Shown piece after piece: positions 17,349 to 25,391 of a stretch of 34,792 bases of DNA. The position numbers and the translations under genes were made by a program. The first letter of the stretch is position 1. Every line of letters starts with the position of its first letter. The DNA is taken from the IMG/VR virus record IMGVR_UViG_3300035208_005635, positions 64,001-98,792 of that record; one strand, given 5' to 3'. This DNA is from a virus (lineage: Duplodnaviria > Heunggongvirae > Uroviricota > Caudoviricetes). The notes beneath the pieces are model-generated. The model was not told where the DNA came from. It was given only the letters and a program-made list of their open reading frames with translations, and did not search any database.

Positions 17349-18140
17349 ATGACAAAGTTTAAAATTTGTGGTCTTACTAGAGTAAGAAATGAATCTTTAA
17401 TAATTCAAGAACACTTAGATGCAATGGCTGAATATTGCACTGCTGGTATCTATGTTTTTGATGATGCTTCTACAGACAATACAGTAGAAATTTGTAAAAA
17501 GCATCCTGCAGTAAAAGCAGTAATTGGTGTAAAAGAATGGGATGGAATTACAGAATTAGCATTAATAGAAATGCAACAAAGACAGGCGTTAGTTCGGGAA
17601 GCACAAAAAGATAATCCTGATTGGTTTGTTTATTTAGATGCTGACGAAAGATTATTCTATAATTTTTCTGACCTGTCTGATAAATACGATGTTGTAGTTT
17701 CTAGATTATTTGACTTTTATATCACTAAAGAAGACAAAGATAGACCTTATAACGGTGATTTAGTTTCAATGAGGAGACTGTGCGGTCCGGAGTTTAGAGA
17801 TATAGTAGCTGTATTTAAAAATCAGCAGAAAACTAAATTTACTCGTAAAGATTCAAGAAGCCCGGAAGTAACCGCCTATGATAGAAAATTATTTTCAGGA
17901 TTTATTAGACATTATGGAAAAGCAATATCAGTAGAGAACTTCGAAAAGAGATGTGATTTTTATACGGCTAGAGCTCCTGAGTATTCTCTTGTTTGGGAAT
18001 CGAGAAAAGGAAAAGCAGTTCACAGTGAATCGGATTTTCATAGACCATTAAGAGCTTGGTCGGAAGTTCATAAATTTGCAACAATGCTTACTGCTGGCGA
18101 TTATACAGCAGAGCAATTAAAAGCAATGACAAATAATTAA
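17349..18140 (+). CDS. Glycosyltransferase family 2-like (GT-A)
   Basis: GLTRVRNE, YVFDDASTDNT, DWFVYLDADE, IRHYG. Confidence 0.88.
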   Translation: MTKFKICGLTRVRNESLIIQEHLDAMAEYCTAGIYVFDDASTDNTVEICKKHPAVKAVIGVKEWDGITELALIEMQQRQALVREAQKDNPDWFVYLDADERLFYNFSDLSDKYDVVVSRLFDFYITKEDKDRPYNGDLVSMRRLCGPEFRDIVAVFKNQQKTKFTRKDSRSPEVTAYDRKLFSGFIRHYGKAISVENFEKRCDFYTARAPEYSLVWESRKGKAVHSESDFHRPLRAWSEVHKFATMLTAGDYTAEQLKAMTNN

Positions 18141-18161
18141 TATAGTAATTAGGTAAAAGTT

Positions 18162-19256
18162 ATGAGTAATAATTCTTTCAAGCCAAACATCGTATTTTTT
18201 AATAAAGATACCCAAGGTTGCGGTTTTTACAGAATGCTAATGCCCGCCCACCAGTTAAAAATTCAAGGACTAGCAAACGTAGAAGTAGTTTACAATCCTT
18301 TCAATAAAGCTGTCTTTGATTGGGCTCATATCATAGTTGTTCAAAGACCGACTAGCTATGATATGGCAGAGTTTATTCAGTATTACAGAGCCCAAGGAAA
18401 AAAAGTTATCTACGAAATAGATGACTATATGCAAGGAATACTTCCCGATAATCCTGCTAGACCGTTCTGGGAACATATTGGAGGACATATTTCTAGAGGA
18501 ATGCACTGTATGAGGTTGTGTAATGCAGTTACAGTAACTACGCCTAGATTGCAAAAAGAGTATTCATTCTATAACCCAAATATTCACGCTATACCGAACT
18601 ATATAGATAAAGAGCTTTGGGAACAGCCTTTAAAAAATAAAGAGTTCTATGAAAATAGAAAAAATGATGATAAAATTAGAATAGGTTGGGAAGGTTGTGT
18701 CGGGCATAGACAAGATTTACAATTAATCGCCAAAGTTCTCGAAGACTTAGTCCTTGAATACAAGGGCAAAGTAGTCCTCTCAATGTTCGGATTTACGCCG
18801 TTAGACATTTTCCTAGCTTTGCCTAATATGCACCAAGTTTGTGCATCCTGTGGGCATACAGGGCCATTAGAATACTTCCCAGCAGTGCCTTTATTAGAAT
18901 ATCCTACTAGATTAAGAGAAATGGCTTGGGATATAGGAATAGCCCCCACAGTCAGTATTGCTTTTAATGATTGCAAATCCGACCTTAGATTCAAAGAATA
19001 CTCAATGTTAGGTATTCCAACAGTAGCTTCTGATATGCCTGCTTATAATAATTCCATTAAGAATAATTTTACAGGTATACTTTGTAAAGATAGTTACAAG
19101 TCTTGGTATGACGCTTTAAAGTCTTTAATAGAAGACAAGGTAAAAAGAAAAGAAATGGGAGCCAATGCTAAAGTTTGGGCAGAAACTAAATTTATTCAGG
19201 ATAATATTCTAGATTGGGCGAAAACTTATAACAAGATTTTAAATACAACAGACTAG
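18162..19256 (+). CDS. Glycosyltransferase, GT-B fold
   Basis: GCGFYRML.P, VIYEIDD, VTVTTPRL, IRIGWEG, DIGIAP....FNDCKSDLRFKEYSMLGIPTVASD. Confidence 0.9.
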   Translation: MSNNSFKPNIVFFNKDTQGCGFYRMLMPAHQLKIQGLANVEVVYNPFNKAVFDWAHIIVVQRPTSYDMAEFIQYYRAQGKKVIYEIDDYMQGILPDNPARPFWEHIGGHISRGMHCMRLCNAVTVTTPRLQKEYSFYNPNIHAIPNYIDKELWEQPLKNKEFYENRKNDDKIRIGWEGCVGHRQDLQLIAKVLEDLVLEYKGKVVLSMFGFTPLDIFLALPNMHQVCASCGHTGPLEYFPAVPLLEYPTRLREMAWDIGIAPTVSIAFNDCKSDLRFKEYSMLGIPTVASDMPAYNNSIKNNFTGILCKDSYKSWYDALKSLIEDKVKRKEMGANAKVWAETKFIQDNILDWAKTYNKILNTTD

Positions 19257-19328
19257 ACAAGTTAATATACTCGTGAATATTCGTTTGATTGTCGAAACAA
19301 ATGAATATTCGAGAAAATAGTAAAGAGG

Positions 19329-19356
19329 TTTACAAATAACATCCATTGTTTATAAA
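19329..19356 (+). promoter_or_regulatory. Possible sigma70-type promoter
   Basis: TTTACA (19329-19334), 16-nt spacer, TATAAA (19351-19356), about 30 nt before GTG19388; AT-rich, so chance cannot be excluded. Confidence 0.35.
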
Positions 19357-19387
19357 TAATATTTATAGGCAATGCACAAACAATTTT

Positions 19388-19891
19388 GTGGCAGCAACTT
19401 TTACTTGGAATCAAAGAACAGGTGCTACAGGAGTGGTAGTCACTTCTGACTTAGGTATTAGCGGAAACTTGTTCAACTTCCAAAATCAAGATGTTGCTTC
19501 GGCGGCTCAATACGCTTCGTATCCAGTCACCGCAGGCAACAACAGCTACGATGTTTACTTAAGACCACATTTCTCTGGAAGCTTTAACAAGATTCAAAAC
19601 ATTCAGTTTTGGAAAAGTTCTGGTGCAGAGGGTGCGGGTGAAGCCTTATATTGGAAGGATGGTGGTGCGAATGCTTACGCGGCTCCGGCAACTACTACTG
19701 ACGGAACTGACGCAGTCGTTCCTACAGCTGACCCTGGTTCTTCTAATGTTGGTATTAACTCCAGTCAAGCAAGTTCTCTAAGTGCCGCAGGCTACTCCGA
19801 CTATATTGTTCTACAGATTAGAACAACCACAGCCGCAGAAGCAGGTGACACCGAGGTCTTTACTTGGACACTTCAGTATGATGAAAATTAG
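19388..19891 (+). CDS. Putative virion structural protein (beta-sandwich-like), family not named
   Basis: A/G/S/T-rich, with GC content and codon bias like the capsid and tail tube genes; GTG19388 (MAATFTW) preferred over TTG19346. Confidence 0.6.
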   Translation: MAATFTWNQRTGATGVVVTSDLGISGNLFNFQNQDVASAAQYASYPVTAGNNSYDVYLRPHFSGSFNKIQNIQFWKSSGAEGAGEALYWKDGGANAYAAPATTTDGTDAVVPTADPGSSNVGINSSQASSLSAAGYSDYIVLQIRTTTAAEAGDTEVFTWTLQYDEN

Positions 19892-19921
19892 ACTTTTCAT
19901 CAAGTAAAAATCTTAAGTAAA

Positions 19922-20028
19922 TTTCTATGAGAAGTTTAAACCCGAATACAATCGGTTGCTCTCTCCGAGGGAATAACAATACAATGTTGGCTCTCGGATT
20001 TACGCTATAAAAAATAATCTCATAAAGA
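19922..20028 (+). ncRNA. Candidate structured intergenic RNA with two identical ATACAA loops
   Basis: Outer stem TATGAGA (19926-19932)/TCTCATA (20018-20024); hairpin CCGA-ATACAA-TCGG (19942-19955); hairpin TCCGAGGG..AACA-ATACAA-TGTT..CTCTCGGA (19964-19998). Confidence 0.45.
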
Positions 20029-20035
20029 TAATTCT

Positions 20036-20536
20036 ATGAATAAATATGCAGAGGAAATAAAAAATAGATTTGATTTCGATTATTATTGGATTGCAAAAAG
20101 AAAAGACGGAAGTTCTCTATTTCAATTTGAAAATTCTGAAAATTCTGATTGTTTAGTAGAAAATATGTTTTCTGAAATAGACAGGAATCCAGAGAAGTTT
20201 AAGAGTTTTAGTTTAATCAGCACTAATTCGGAAAATATTTTCAGTGTTGATTTGGAGACAGGAGACTTTAAATTAAACGGAGTTAATTACAAAAATAATA
20301 TAGACATTCAAGGTAATCAATTACGATGTGTTTATTGGAGAAGAAAAGTAATTACTTTGAATTTAATAGATTCTTCAGAGAGTGTAAGGATAGGGTGTTA
20401 TTTTCTAGGTTGGCAAACAACAATTAATAACCATAATTATAAAAAGATTCTTAAAATATTTGCTGACGGAACTGTTCAAGAAGAAAGCGATTCAAAAAAG
20501 TCTTCTTTATCTTCCAAAGCAAATATAAAAAAATAG
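20036..20536 (+). CDS. Hypothetical phage protein
   Basis: 166-aa ORF with T-ATG start; no family named. Confidence 0.7.
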   Translation: MNKYAEEIKNRFDFDYYWIAKRKDGSSLFQFENSENSDCLVENMFSEIDRNPEKFKSFSLISTNSENIFSVDLETGDFKLNGVNYKNNIDIQGNQLRCVYWRRKVITLNLIDSSESVRIGCYFLGWQTTINNHNYKKILKIFADGTVQEESDSKKSSLSSKANIKK

Positions 20537-20537
20537 T

Positions 20538-20690
20538 ATGAGTAATATCTACTTTAATCTAAGTGGCTCAGTAATTGTCTTTATTTGCGGAATGCTGGTG
20601 GGGGGAGCAACACAATATTTCTATCGTTGGTTTGATAAAATGACTTGTTGGATACATAGAAAAATTAGTCGAAATAAAGGTTGTTATTAA
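20538..20690 (+). CDS. Small membrane protein (50 aa, not in ORF track)
   Basis: MSNIYFNLSGSVIVFICGMLVGGATQYFYRWFDKMTCWIHRKISRNKGCY; one hydrophobic helix and a basic tail; starts 1 nt after the previous stop. Confidence 0.55.
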   Translation: MSNIYFNLSGSVIVFICGMLVGGATQYFYRWFDKMTCWIHRKISRNKGCY

Positions 20691-20707
20691 ATAATCAGAG
20701 TAAAATT

Positions 20708-20905
20708 ATGCGGGATACAAAAAACGAAGTCAACGCTATAAAATGGTTTGTTACTATAGTAGCATCGATAGTCTTTATTGCTTCTAGTCTTGTTAGAATA
20801 AAGGGCGGTCAAGATGTTGACGACAAACTTTGCTGGGTTTTTATAGTAACCTCAGGTTTAGTTTGGGGAGCTAATTTTGTAAATTACTTTAAAAAGAAAG
20901 AGTAA
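20708..20905 (+). CDS. Two-TM small membrane protein, possible holin
   Basis: 65 aa from ATG20708; two hydrophobic segments and a basic C-terminus (YFKKKE), as in class II holins. Confidence 0.5.
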   Translation: MRDTKNEVNAIKWFVTIVASIVFIASSLVRIKGGQDVDDKLCWVFIVTSGLVWGANFVNYFKKKE

Positions 20906-20937
20906 AGAGGTTGAAATGAATTTTTTAAGATTGCACT

Positions 20938-23900
20938 ATGTCCGACACTATCAACAAAACAATTCTCTCCAAACTTGATATAAAGAAAACAAATATTTAT
21001 GGTGAATACAGGAGAGTTAAAATTTCTATAGACCCGACTAAGGTAGGAGGTTCTTTGACAAATTATCCTTTATATATAAATTTAGGTTTGCTAAATGACA
21101 ATTTTTGGGACTATGTAAAGAATGGAGGAGGGGATATTAGAATATTTTCTCAGGACAATACTACTGAATTACCTAGAGAAATAGTATCTTGTGATACCAC
21201 AGCGAAGACAGGCGAGGTATACGCCTTAGTGCCTTTAGTTTCTAGTTTAGTTGCTACAAAAATATATTTATATTTTAGTAATAATAATTTAAGCGACTAC
21301 GCTGTTGATGATACTTACGGAGCACAAAATGTTTGGGGAAATAACGCAAAATATATCGGACATTTTGAAGGTAACGCTGACGATAGTTCTGTTAATAATA
21401 AAAACGGAACTGTTAGCGGTGCTTCTCAGGTTGACGGAAAATTAGGCGGTAAAGCATATTCTTTTGACGGCTTAAATAATAAAATTACTATAGGAAGTGG
21501 AAACAACGACTACGATAATGGTTTAGTTATCGCAGTATGGTTAAAAAATTATAAACAAGACATCTCTAGTATTAGCTACCAATGCGAAGATGATTTAGGA
21601 GCAGAGGTAGGAGCAGTTAGTGGTAATTATTGGAAAGGAAGACAAGGAATAGATGCCGCTGGCGGTAAGCTAGTTGATTATGTTATTCCTAATACCGATT
21701 TTGGAAGTAGAACAATAGCTATCTACGGATACCAAACAAATCCAGATGTTGTGAGTGGAACTTTTTTAATAAAGGATGAAACTACAGGACAAACTTTAGG
21801 TAGCGGGGACTTAGGCAGAAGAGTAATTACAGATAGTGATAAGAGAATGAATAGTCTTTATATTTTTGAAGGAAAAGGGCATCCTTTTCACGTTTATATT
21901 TATTTTTCTGATAATACAGATGTATACTTAGACTATATTTCTACTTTAAAGGCAGGCTATGACGGGGTAGTTCAAAAAGGAAATAACGGAAATCCTTTCG
22001 GCATTAACTTAAATAATAGTTCAGGATATTTAAGAGGATACTTGAATGGAAATGGTAACGTTAGTGGAAGTGGTTCTGGTTATATTCCCGATACCTTTGT
22101 AAGATTAGTAGTTGTTTACAACAAATCAGAAATTAAATATTACCAAGACGGAGTCTATAAAGATCATTCTACTAATGTAACGGGAAATTTGACACAGTCT
22201 ACATCGGATATTATTTTAGGAGATTGGGGAGGTTATAGTCTTTGGGGGGAACTGGATGAAGTATATTTGCGAGACGACCCTGAGAATTGGACACAGGCGT
22301 ATATTACTACTGATTATAATAACCAAAATTCTCCTGCGACTTTTTACAGTTTTATTTACCAAACATTATCCACAGGAATTTCGGCAAAATCTAGAATCCA
22401 AATTGCTAATATAACGAAAACCCTTTCTGCGAAATCCCATTTATTAGTCTCAGGAAATGACAAAAGTATTTCTTCTAAAACAGACATAAAATTATTAGAT
22501 GTTTTAAGAAGCATACAAAGTAAGTCAGCTATTCAGAGAACCTTTGAAAAAACTATTTCTTCAAAATGTAGGATACAAAGAATAGAAGTAACAAGTATTC
22601 AGTCAAAGACAAATATAGAAAAGTTAGGAAGAATAATATTAATCTCTTCTAAATTAGACGTTAAGAAGACAACTTCTCAGGGGAGATTCCCTTATGAAGT
22701 TTCTGTAAGTATAGACCATACAAAAGTTGCTGGTGATTTAATTGACTATCCGTTATATATAGATTTATCGAAATTCGATAATTTATTCTGGTCGAGGGTT
22801 AAGAACGGAGGTGGAGATATTAGAATATTCGCTAGTGATAAACAAACAGAATTACCGAGAGAAATAGTGTCTTGTGATACTTCTTCAAAAACAGGAGAAG
22901 TTCATACTAAACTTTCTTCTTTATCTTCCTCTGAAAATACTATAATCTATGTCTGTTTTGGGAATAGCATAGATAACGACTACTTAGCAACAGATACTTA
23001 TGGTTCACAGGCAGTATGGGGAAGCACTTCGAAAATTTATCATTTAAAAGATTTAACAAGTCTAACAGTTTTAGACAGTAAAGGTAATTACAATGGTAGC
23101 AAAACAGCGACTCATACTCCTTTAGAAGTTAATGGAAAAATAGGTAGTGGTCAAAGTTTTGATGGAGAATCAAATTATGCGTCTATAAATATAGACCAAG
23201 CGGCAATTGACCCGAGCAAACCGCACACATTTGTTGCGTGGGTAAAAATAAAAAGCACTCCTAATTCAAATAACAATGGAATTGTAGATAAATTCGAGAT
23301 GCAGACTGGAGGTTTTAGTTGTGGGTCAACAATGGGAATATCGATCAGTAGAACACCATATATTAGAATAGGAACTGCCGCAGTTGGTTCTGGATTCAAT
23401 AGAGAGCAAACATTATATGCAGACTCTAATTTATCAACTGGAACTTTTTACTTTGTTGCTGGGATATATGACGGAACAAATCTTCGTTTTCAACTTAACA
23501 GGACATCTAAATCGACTGGAGCAACATACCCACCAGTAGATAGAACTTCAACAAATACTCGCATTGGGAATACTCACCATTCAAACGGAACTATTGACGG
23601 AATAATAGATGAGGTTAGAATTTATCAAGAAGCATTGTCAACCCAAAGATTAACTACTGACTATAACAACCAGTCTTCCCCAGAAACCTTTTATGAAATA
23701 GGAGAAACAAGAGAGACCTCCCTTTATACAAAGGCTAGAATAGAAAAAGCAGGAGTTATAAAAACTGTTTCTTCTAAGACTAACATCCGGAGTTCTATAG
23801 GTATTAAAACAGTTTCTTCTAAGTGCTCAATAAAGAATGTCAAAGCTGTCATTATTTCAGGAAAGGCAAGAATAGAAAAAACTTTCTCTTCAAGTATTTC

Positions 23901-24675
23901 AGCAAAAGTTAACCTAAAGGCGACTGAATCTAAAGAGATATTTGCCAAAGCTAGAATTTTAGTAGGAGGAGTTGTGGCATCTGTTTTATCTAAACTAAAT
24001 ATAAAACAGACAAAAAATATTTCTGTTTCTTCTAAATTAAGTATTCATAGACTAACCGAAAGGAGTATTGCCTCTAAGACTAGAATAAATAGAATAGAAA
24101 GTTATTCTATCCAGAGTAGAGCAAATATTCGTTCTGCTGTTCCGCAAAATATTCTATCGAAGTTGGCTATCTACAACTTTGTAAATAGAAGTATCCAAAG
24201 CAAGTTAAGCATAAAAATATTTGGAGTAACTAAGACAATTTCTTGTAAAGCTGATATTTATCAGCCTGCTAGAAGTCTCGAAATGCCTATGCGATTATTG
24301 AACACAAAAATTGATATTAAAAGAAAGACTATCACAAAAGACGCTATCGGAGATTCAACAGAAGTCTTTAATATCATCCAAGCAGATGTTCCTGGAACAA
24401 TACAAACATTGACAGGACAAGAAATTGCTAGTCTTCAAGGAGAGGTGTATAATTATACACATAGAGGTTTCCTTCCTAAAATTGTTATCCGAGCAGGAAC
24501 ACACGAAGAGGTGTCAATTAGAGAAGGAGATTTCTTACTAGACAAAGAAACACTAGTGTCCTACAGAATAAAAAATATTGAAGAAATGCGACCAACTAAC
24601 AGACTTTTAAACAATGACAGATTTAGTCATTTCGAAGTCTATCTAGAAAAAATTAACGATGAACGATATGGATAA
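20938..24675 (+). CDS. Fibre/adhesin-like protein, 2x(DUF2341 + LamG-like) with repeat shafts, fused to a C-terminal head-closure (SPP1 gp16-like) domain
   Basis: Two copies of YPLYI.L...F...VKNGGGDIRIF..D..TELPREIVSCDT, each followed by a laminin-G/ConA-like domain (GK.G....FDG, AW, G.LDEV). The last ~130 aa (LNTKIDIKRKTITKDAIGDSTEVF...VPGTIQTLTGQE...THR) fit the head-closure pattern. Confidence 0.8.
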   Translation: MSDTINKTILSKLDIKKTNIYGEYRRVKISIDPTKVGGSLTNYPLYINLGLLNDNFWDYVKNGGGDIRIFSQDNTTELPREIVSCDTTAKTGEVYALVPLVSSLVATKIYLYFSNNNLSDYAVDDTYGAQNVWGNNAKYIGHFEGNADDSSVNNKNGTVSGASQVDGKLGGKAYSFDGLNNKITIGSGNNDYDNGLVIAVWLKNYKQDISSISYQCEDDLGAEVGAVSGNYWKGRQGIDAAGGKLVDYVIPNTDFGSRTIAIYGYQTNPDVVSGTFLIKDETTGQTLGSGDLGRRVITDSDKRMNSLYIFEGKGHPFHVYIYFSDNTDVYLDYISTLKAGYDGVVQKGNNGNPFGINLNNSSGYLRGYLNGNGNVSGSGSGYIPDTFVRLVVVYNKSEIKYYQDGVYKDHSTNVTGNLTQSTSDIILGDWGGYSLWGELDEVYLRDDPENWTQAYITTDYNNQNSPATFYSFIYQTLSTGISAKSRIQIANITKTLSAKSHLLVSGNDKSISSKTDIKLLDVLRSIQSKSAIQRTFEKTISSKCRIQRIEVTSIQSKTNIEKLGRIILISSKLDVKKTTSQGRFPYEVSVSIDHTKVAGDLIDYPLYIDLSKFDNLFWSRVKNGGGDIRIFASDKQTELPREIVSCDTSSKTGEVHTKLSSLSSSENTIIYVCFGNSIDNDYLATDTYGSQAVWGSTSKIYHLKDLTSLTVLDSKGNYNGSKTATHTPLEVNGKIGSGQSFDGESNYASINIDQAAIDPSKPHTFVAWVKIKSTPNSNNNGIVDKFEMQTGGFSCGSTMGISISRTPYIRIGTAAVGSGFNREQTLYADSNLSTGTFYFVAGIYDGTNLRFQLNRTSKSTGATYPPVDRTSTNTRIGNTHHSNGTIDGIIDEVRIYQEALSTQRLTTDYNNQSSPETFYEIGETRETSLYTKARIEKAGVIKTVSSKTNIRSSIGIKTVSSKCSIKNVKAVIISGKARIEKTFSSSISAKVNLKATESKEIFAKARILVGGVVASVLSKLNIKQTKNISVSSKLSIHRLTERSIASKTRINRIESYSIQSRANIRSAVPQNILSKLAIYNFVNRSIQSKLSIKIFGVTKTISCKADIYQPARSLEMPMRLLNTKIDIKRKTITKDAIGDSTEVFNIIQADVPGTIQTLTGQEIASLQGEVYNYTHRGFLPKIVIRAGTHEEVSIREGDFLLDKETLVSYRIKNIEEMRPTNRLLNNDRFSHFEVYLEKINDERYG
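22363..22671 (+). repeat. Seven 14-15 aa [IVL]xSKxx[IVL] repeats
   Basis: ISAKSRI, LSAKSHL, ISSKTDI, IQSKSAI, ISSKCRI, IQSKTNI, ISSKLDV. Confidence 0.85.
23707..24264 (+). repeat. Thirteen 14-15 aa [IVL]xSKxx[IVL] repeats
   Basis: LYTKARI, VSSKTNI, VSSKCSI, ISGKARI, ISAKVNL, IFAKARI, VLSKLNI, VSSKLSI, IASKTRI, IQSRANI, ILSKLAI, IQSKLSI, ISCKADI. Confidence 0.85.
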
Positions 24676-25387
24676 AACAATCACATCAAAAACTTCTATT
24701 GCTGTTTCTGAATATTTATCTCTGGAAACCTTTAAAGCCGACACAACTCTTGATTTAATAGATTATACAGACCCAAAGATTCAAGAATTTATAGACAGAG
24801 CAATTCTGTTTATCAACCAATGGTTAGGTAATAGTGTTGCTTATGGGTATTTTGAAGACGAGAGTATTCGCTGTTCCTTTGACTATCCTAGAAACGGATT
24901 GAATATTCAACTTCCTAGGAGACCGATATTATCTATTAAAGAAGTATCCTTAAACTACGGTAGAGGTTCTACAATTAATTGGAGCACACCGACAGCTGTT
25001 GCTGTTTGGAGGATAAACAAAAAGGTAGGATATATCGAATATTTAGGTATTGATTCTTCAGGAATATCTTTAAGCGTTTGTAGTCGAGACCCTTTAGCTA
25101 GTAATATTTCTCCTCTAGCAACTGTTAAGTATTACGCAGGGTATAAAGAAATACCTTCTGCTGTTTCCAAAGCTACTCAAATATTAGTAGAACAGCTTAT
25201 CTTAAATGCTCAAGGAGAAGATACAGAAATTTCTTCAGTTGCTGTTGGTAATTATAGAGAGGGCTATAAGAGAAGCGTAGGTATTAAAAGTATGGGAGTT
25301 GTGGGCGGAGCCGACCAAGTAGAAAAATTATTAAGACCTTACAGACAACCAGGGCAAACTTTATTTACTAGCGGTCCATTAAGTTAA
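24668..25387 (+). CDS. Head-tail adaptor (HK97 gp6 / SPP1 gp15-like)
   Basis: YLSLETFK, IQEFIDRA...INQWLG, LPRRPILSIKEV, VKYYAGY..IPSAVSKAT..LV; ATG24668 preferred over 24659. Confidence 0.8.
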   Translation: MDKTITSKTSIAVSEYLSLETFKADTTLDLIDYTDPKIQEFIDRAILFINQWLGNSVAYGYFEDESIRCSFDYPRNGLNIQLPRRPILSIKEVSLNYGRGSTINWSTPTAVAVWRINKKVGYIEYLGIDSSGISLSVCSRDPLASNISPLATVKYYAGYKEIPSAVSKATQILVEQLILNAQGEDTEISSVAVGNYREGYKRSVGIKSMGVVGGADQVEKLLRPYRQPGQTLFTSGPLS

Positions 25388-25391
25388 AATT

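Noticed and set aside
5119-19256. Glycosyltransferases as DNA hypermodification enzymes
   Set aside because: No hydroxymethylase, TET/JBP or nucleotide-metabolism genes alongside, late-gene location, and strong restriction-site avoidance; not formally excluded because such genes could lie outside the window.
11589-20035. tRNA genes in the intergenic gaps
   Set aside because: No cloverleaf, TTC-containing T-loop or acceptor stem found in the 11589-11860, 19257-19387 or 19892-20035 gaps.
24659-24675. Frameshift or readthrough fusing the fibre-stopper to the adaptor
   Set aside because: Ordinary short overlap with a T-ATG start at 24668; no slippery heptamer or stimulatory structure.
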